From the NCBI RefSeq assembly GCF_036321535.1, contig NC_087436.1, forward strand, positions 116,562,001 through 116,626,000: a stretch of 64,000 nt of DNA. Direction: 5' to 3'. The stretch is from Camelus dromedarius (Eukaryota). The position numbers were made by a program, and so were the translations under genes. Under the pieces are notes generated by a model. That model searched no databases, was not told the DNA's origin, and saw only the letters and a list, made by a program, of their open reading frames with translations. This document shows, in pieces, positions 60,636 through 64,000 of this stretch (positions are counted from its first letter, which is position 1; every line of letters begins with the position of its first letter).

Positions 60636-62707
60636 ACATGAAAGTGGTTTAAAAACTCTTTCCAGACATCACCCAAATTTTGGAAAGGGAGAGATGACAC
60701 TCCCTCTTGACGTGCTTGATGACAGAGGAGGGGAACATTTTTAAAGCGTTGTAGTTACACTGTATCAAATTCAGCTCATTCAACAGATCAGTTGTGACTC
60801 TTCTCCTTTACCCATTCTGTCATTTTCCCTGCAGGTTTTCTCCATGTAAAACTCCCTGCTAACCTTTGACGACCCAAGTAACATGTTACCTCCTCAGCAA
60901 AGAATATTGTGACTTGGCCAGGCCTTGCAGCGATGCCTTCCCACAGCACTTCATTCAAGCCTCCACTTAAGGACTGAAGATTTTATCTACTAGGGTGGAT
61001 TTGGTGACGTCCTATCTGCTGAGAACTATAGAAGATTTTTTTTCATATATCTACCTCCTCTCCTAGACCACATCCTCCTAATTCACTCATTCCATCATTT
61101 ACTTAACGTGTATTTATTGACTATTGACTGATGGTACAAGCAGGAACAAGACAAGACAGTGTACTCATTTTCAGACATTTTATGTGCATCACCACATATC
61201 TGTTAGGTTGTGTGGCTAAGCACTCTAGGGAAGAAATTCATTGGTGGAGTTTGATTATAAACTCAGCATTGGGCTTTATGTGCGTTTAAGGACAACCCAA
61301 TGGAAAAAGCCAATGGAGATTAAAATCATAGAGGTTTTTCAGGAAGATCTTAGCTACCATTACACCAGGGACTCATCTGTATGGCAGCTATGGATTTGGA
61401 TAACATAATATATCGAGTATACCTGAGGGAAAAGTTTCCTCAGACATCACAGAAAATACATAAAACACAAAATTTGAATATAAGTACCTGGAGATCAGAA
61501 ATATTTTTCTGACCACTGTTCTATTCTCAGTCCCTAAAATAGTGCATTATAAGAAAGTACTCAGTAAGTGTTTGTGAAAGTTCAAAGAAATTAATGAGTT
61601 TGAGGGCCAGACAGAGAAAGAGAAACATGAAATCAGACCCCTGAGAAGTGTCTGAATCAAGATTTGACCTAACGTCTCTGATTTCAAAGCTTTCACTCTC
61701 TCTAATGCATGCCTCTGCCATGTTAAAGGTAAAATGATGACTTAGAGAGAGGCCAAAGGCAAAAATGCAGTGCAGATGCATGTAGCTAATCCAGGTGATG
61801 TAAAATCCAGTCCAATCCATGTCTCTTTTGCCAATTTCTCTTGATTGCCCTAAGAGAATCTTTTCTTCTTATGAATCAGACCCTAAAAGAGAAAAGCATA
61901 CTATTATCACTTGACGAAGAATTAGACCTGTAGTGGAAAAACTGAGCAACTTTTTGTTATTTTCTCAAACACATGCACACCCACACACATTCACACATAC
62001 GGGAAACAAAAGAAAGAGGAAATGAAAATGGGAGGAAGGAAGGAAAGAAAGGAGATAGAAAAGGAAAGAAGAGAGACAGATGGAAGGACAGGAAAACAGC
62101 AACCTCAATTTCCCTAAAACTCTGTCATTTAAACCTAATTACACCAATAATGAGGCACACTTATTTTAATGGAGATTTTGATTGTACAATTTTTAACAAT
62201 TAGAATGTAGCAGAGAGCGGTATTATTCAAAAGCTAATTACAAACTGTACTTGTTAAAAAGTCAGAAGAGAAATTCCTGAGCATTGGTCTGCTCTCCTGA
62301 AGACCCCCATCTGAGATGTTCTGGATGCAGCAGTGATTAGCTCGAGATCTCTTTTTGCAGGGGACGTCCTGGGTTCACAGAGAATTCAAGGTAGGAATCC
62401 ACGGTCCAGGACAGAGAAAGGTAAAAATGAAAGAGCCAGGGCTTTGAAATAATACAGAAATAAACTATAAGCACAAATGCCACCCTTTGACTTCCCAGCT
62501 GCGCAGAATGGGAGGCTCACTTAACCTCCCCAAATCTCTGTGACATGAAGATGGGGGTGCCTTCCCCAGAGCACTGTTGGGTGGGCTGTCTGTGAGGTAT
62601 GGACAATCCAAGCACATAGCTGGCATTTAGCGTGTGGAGGGAAGTCACCAGTACAGAAGGGACGTTTGTCATGTGGACATTGTCACAGGGCCTGAGAATG
62701 ACATCCG

Positions 62708-63145
62708 TGTTATAAATTGAATTGTGTCCGCCCCAAAAAATTAATGTTGTAAGTCCTAAACCTGGCTACCTGTGAATGAGACCTTATTTAGAAATAGGCT
62801 CTTTGCAGATGTAATCATGTTAAGATGTGGTCATTAGGATGCAGCCCAGTGCAGTATGAGTGGTGTCCTTATAAAAAGCTGGCCCTATAAAGACAGAGAC
62901 ACAGGGGGAAGGCCACGTGAAGACGGAGGCAGGGATTGGAATGATGTGCCCACAGGCCAAGGAACTCCAAGGAGCAAAGCAAAAGGACTGCAATGGATTC
63001 TTCTAGAGGCTTCAGAGAAAGCACGGCCCTGTGGGCCCCTTGATGTCAGACGTCCAACCTCCAGAACCATGAGGGACTAAAGTTCTGTTACCTAGAGCCA
63101 CTCAGTGTGTGGTGTGTTGTCAAGGCACCCCTGGGGAATTAAAAG
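62708..63145 (+). mobile_element. MLT1B/C-type MaLR LTR
   Basis: ttgaattgtgtccgccccaaaa...gaccttatttagaaatagg...agccactcagtgtgtggtgtgttgt. Confidence 0.88.
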
Positions 63146-63789
63146 TCTGTAAGGCATTTAGTTAAAGTCAGTCTCCTCCCCTCCCCCCACCCCACCTGTA
63201 CTATTTCCTATTGTCAGGGCTGATTCCTCTCCTAGGCCTTGGGTTCCAGCCCCAGGAAAGGATTTACTAATGGTATGACCATAAGCACAATGGCAGTGCC
63301 TGGACCATGGCTCACCAACAGATGTCCCCATCACTTCTCACCCCCAGTCAGTCTCTTTGAAGTCTGAGTAACCATTTCAAAATGTAAATTACATTATCGA
63401 TGTGACCTCCACCAAACCCTTGCCAGGCTTCCCCACGTGCTTAAGATAAAGACAAGACACTTCCATGGCCTGTGTGGGCTGGCCTTGCCCTCCAGTCCAT
63501 CTGGGTCTTGGTCTCTGCTGCTGGGTCTTGGTCCTGCAGCCACACAGAGGGAGCACAGTGCCAGTGAGCAACCGAAGGCCAGGTTCAGACCCTCTCCACA
63601 TGATGTCCTACTGTCATCATGGCTTTTCCTAGTTAGTGCCCACCTCCACTCAGGTCAGACATCATTCTTTGGGGGGAAATTAGATCAGGCCCTCCCTTGC
63701 AAGTTATTATTACCACAAGTGCCTTTTCTTCATGATATTCACCAATTCTTATTTACATATGTATGTCATCACTATATTAATGATTCTTG

Positions 63790-63962
63790 AGACCCCCACC
63801 ATGTTACAAACTCTAAGAAGACAGGAACTGAACTAGTTTTCTCAGCACTGTGTATCTTAGCGTTGTACCTACCATGCAAAAAAAAGCTCAACATATGTTG
63901 AGCAGTTAGGCTGATGGATGGGAGATGGATGGATGGTTGGATGGATAGATGGAGGGATGGAT
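63790..63962 (+). mobile_element. L2 3' end with (GGAT)n tail
   Basis: gctcaacatatgttgagc followed by ggat repeats. Confidence 0.65.
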
Positions 63963-64000
63963 GTCTTAACCAAAGTGTAGGATAGGTCTTTGGCTCAAGG

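Noticed and set aside
1..64000. CRISPR arrays, operons, tRNA/rRNA genes, CpG-island promoter
   Set aside because: None seen; the sequence is CpG-depleted mammalian DNA.

Overview
Eutherian mammal genomic DNA with no CpG island, rich in interspersed repeats (L1, L2, MIR, MaLR/MLT1, LTR16/ERVL, an ERV1-type solo LTR, MER3/MER5 hAT elements, microsatellites). The young L1 3' ends look cetartiodactyl-type, and I saw no Alu, Bov-A/tA, CHR-2, PRE-1 or Can-SINE, so a camelid is my best guess. I found no intact protein-coding gene, and most ORFs in the track are repeat-derived or chance. The repeat-free islands of the first 31 kb, however, read as two ancient, heavily decayed, spliced genes lying tail to tail. 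The first is on the + strand (about 1.0-11.1 kb, probably starting before the window) and carries HEAT-repeat-like motifs. The second is on the - strand (about 31-24.7 kb) and carries several RGS-domain-like segments, an RGS22/RGSL1-like architecture. Both keep AG/GT boundaries with mostly compatible exon phases but contain many stops and frameshifts, and old transposons (MER5, MLT1) appear to sit inside their coding segments. The rest of the window is gene-desert-like, with several repeat-free blocks that may be conserved regulatory elements. All family assignments were made by eye and need database confirmation.
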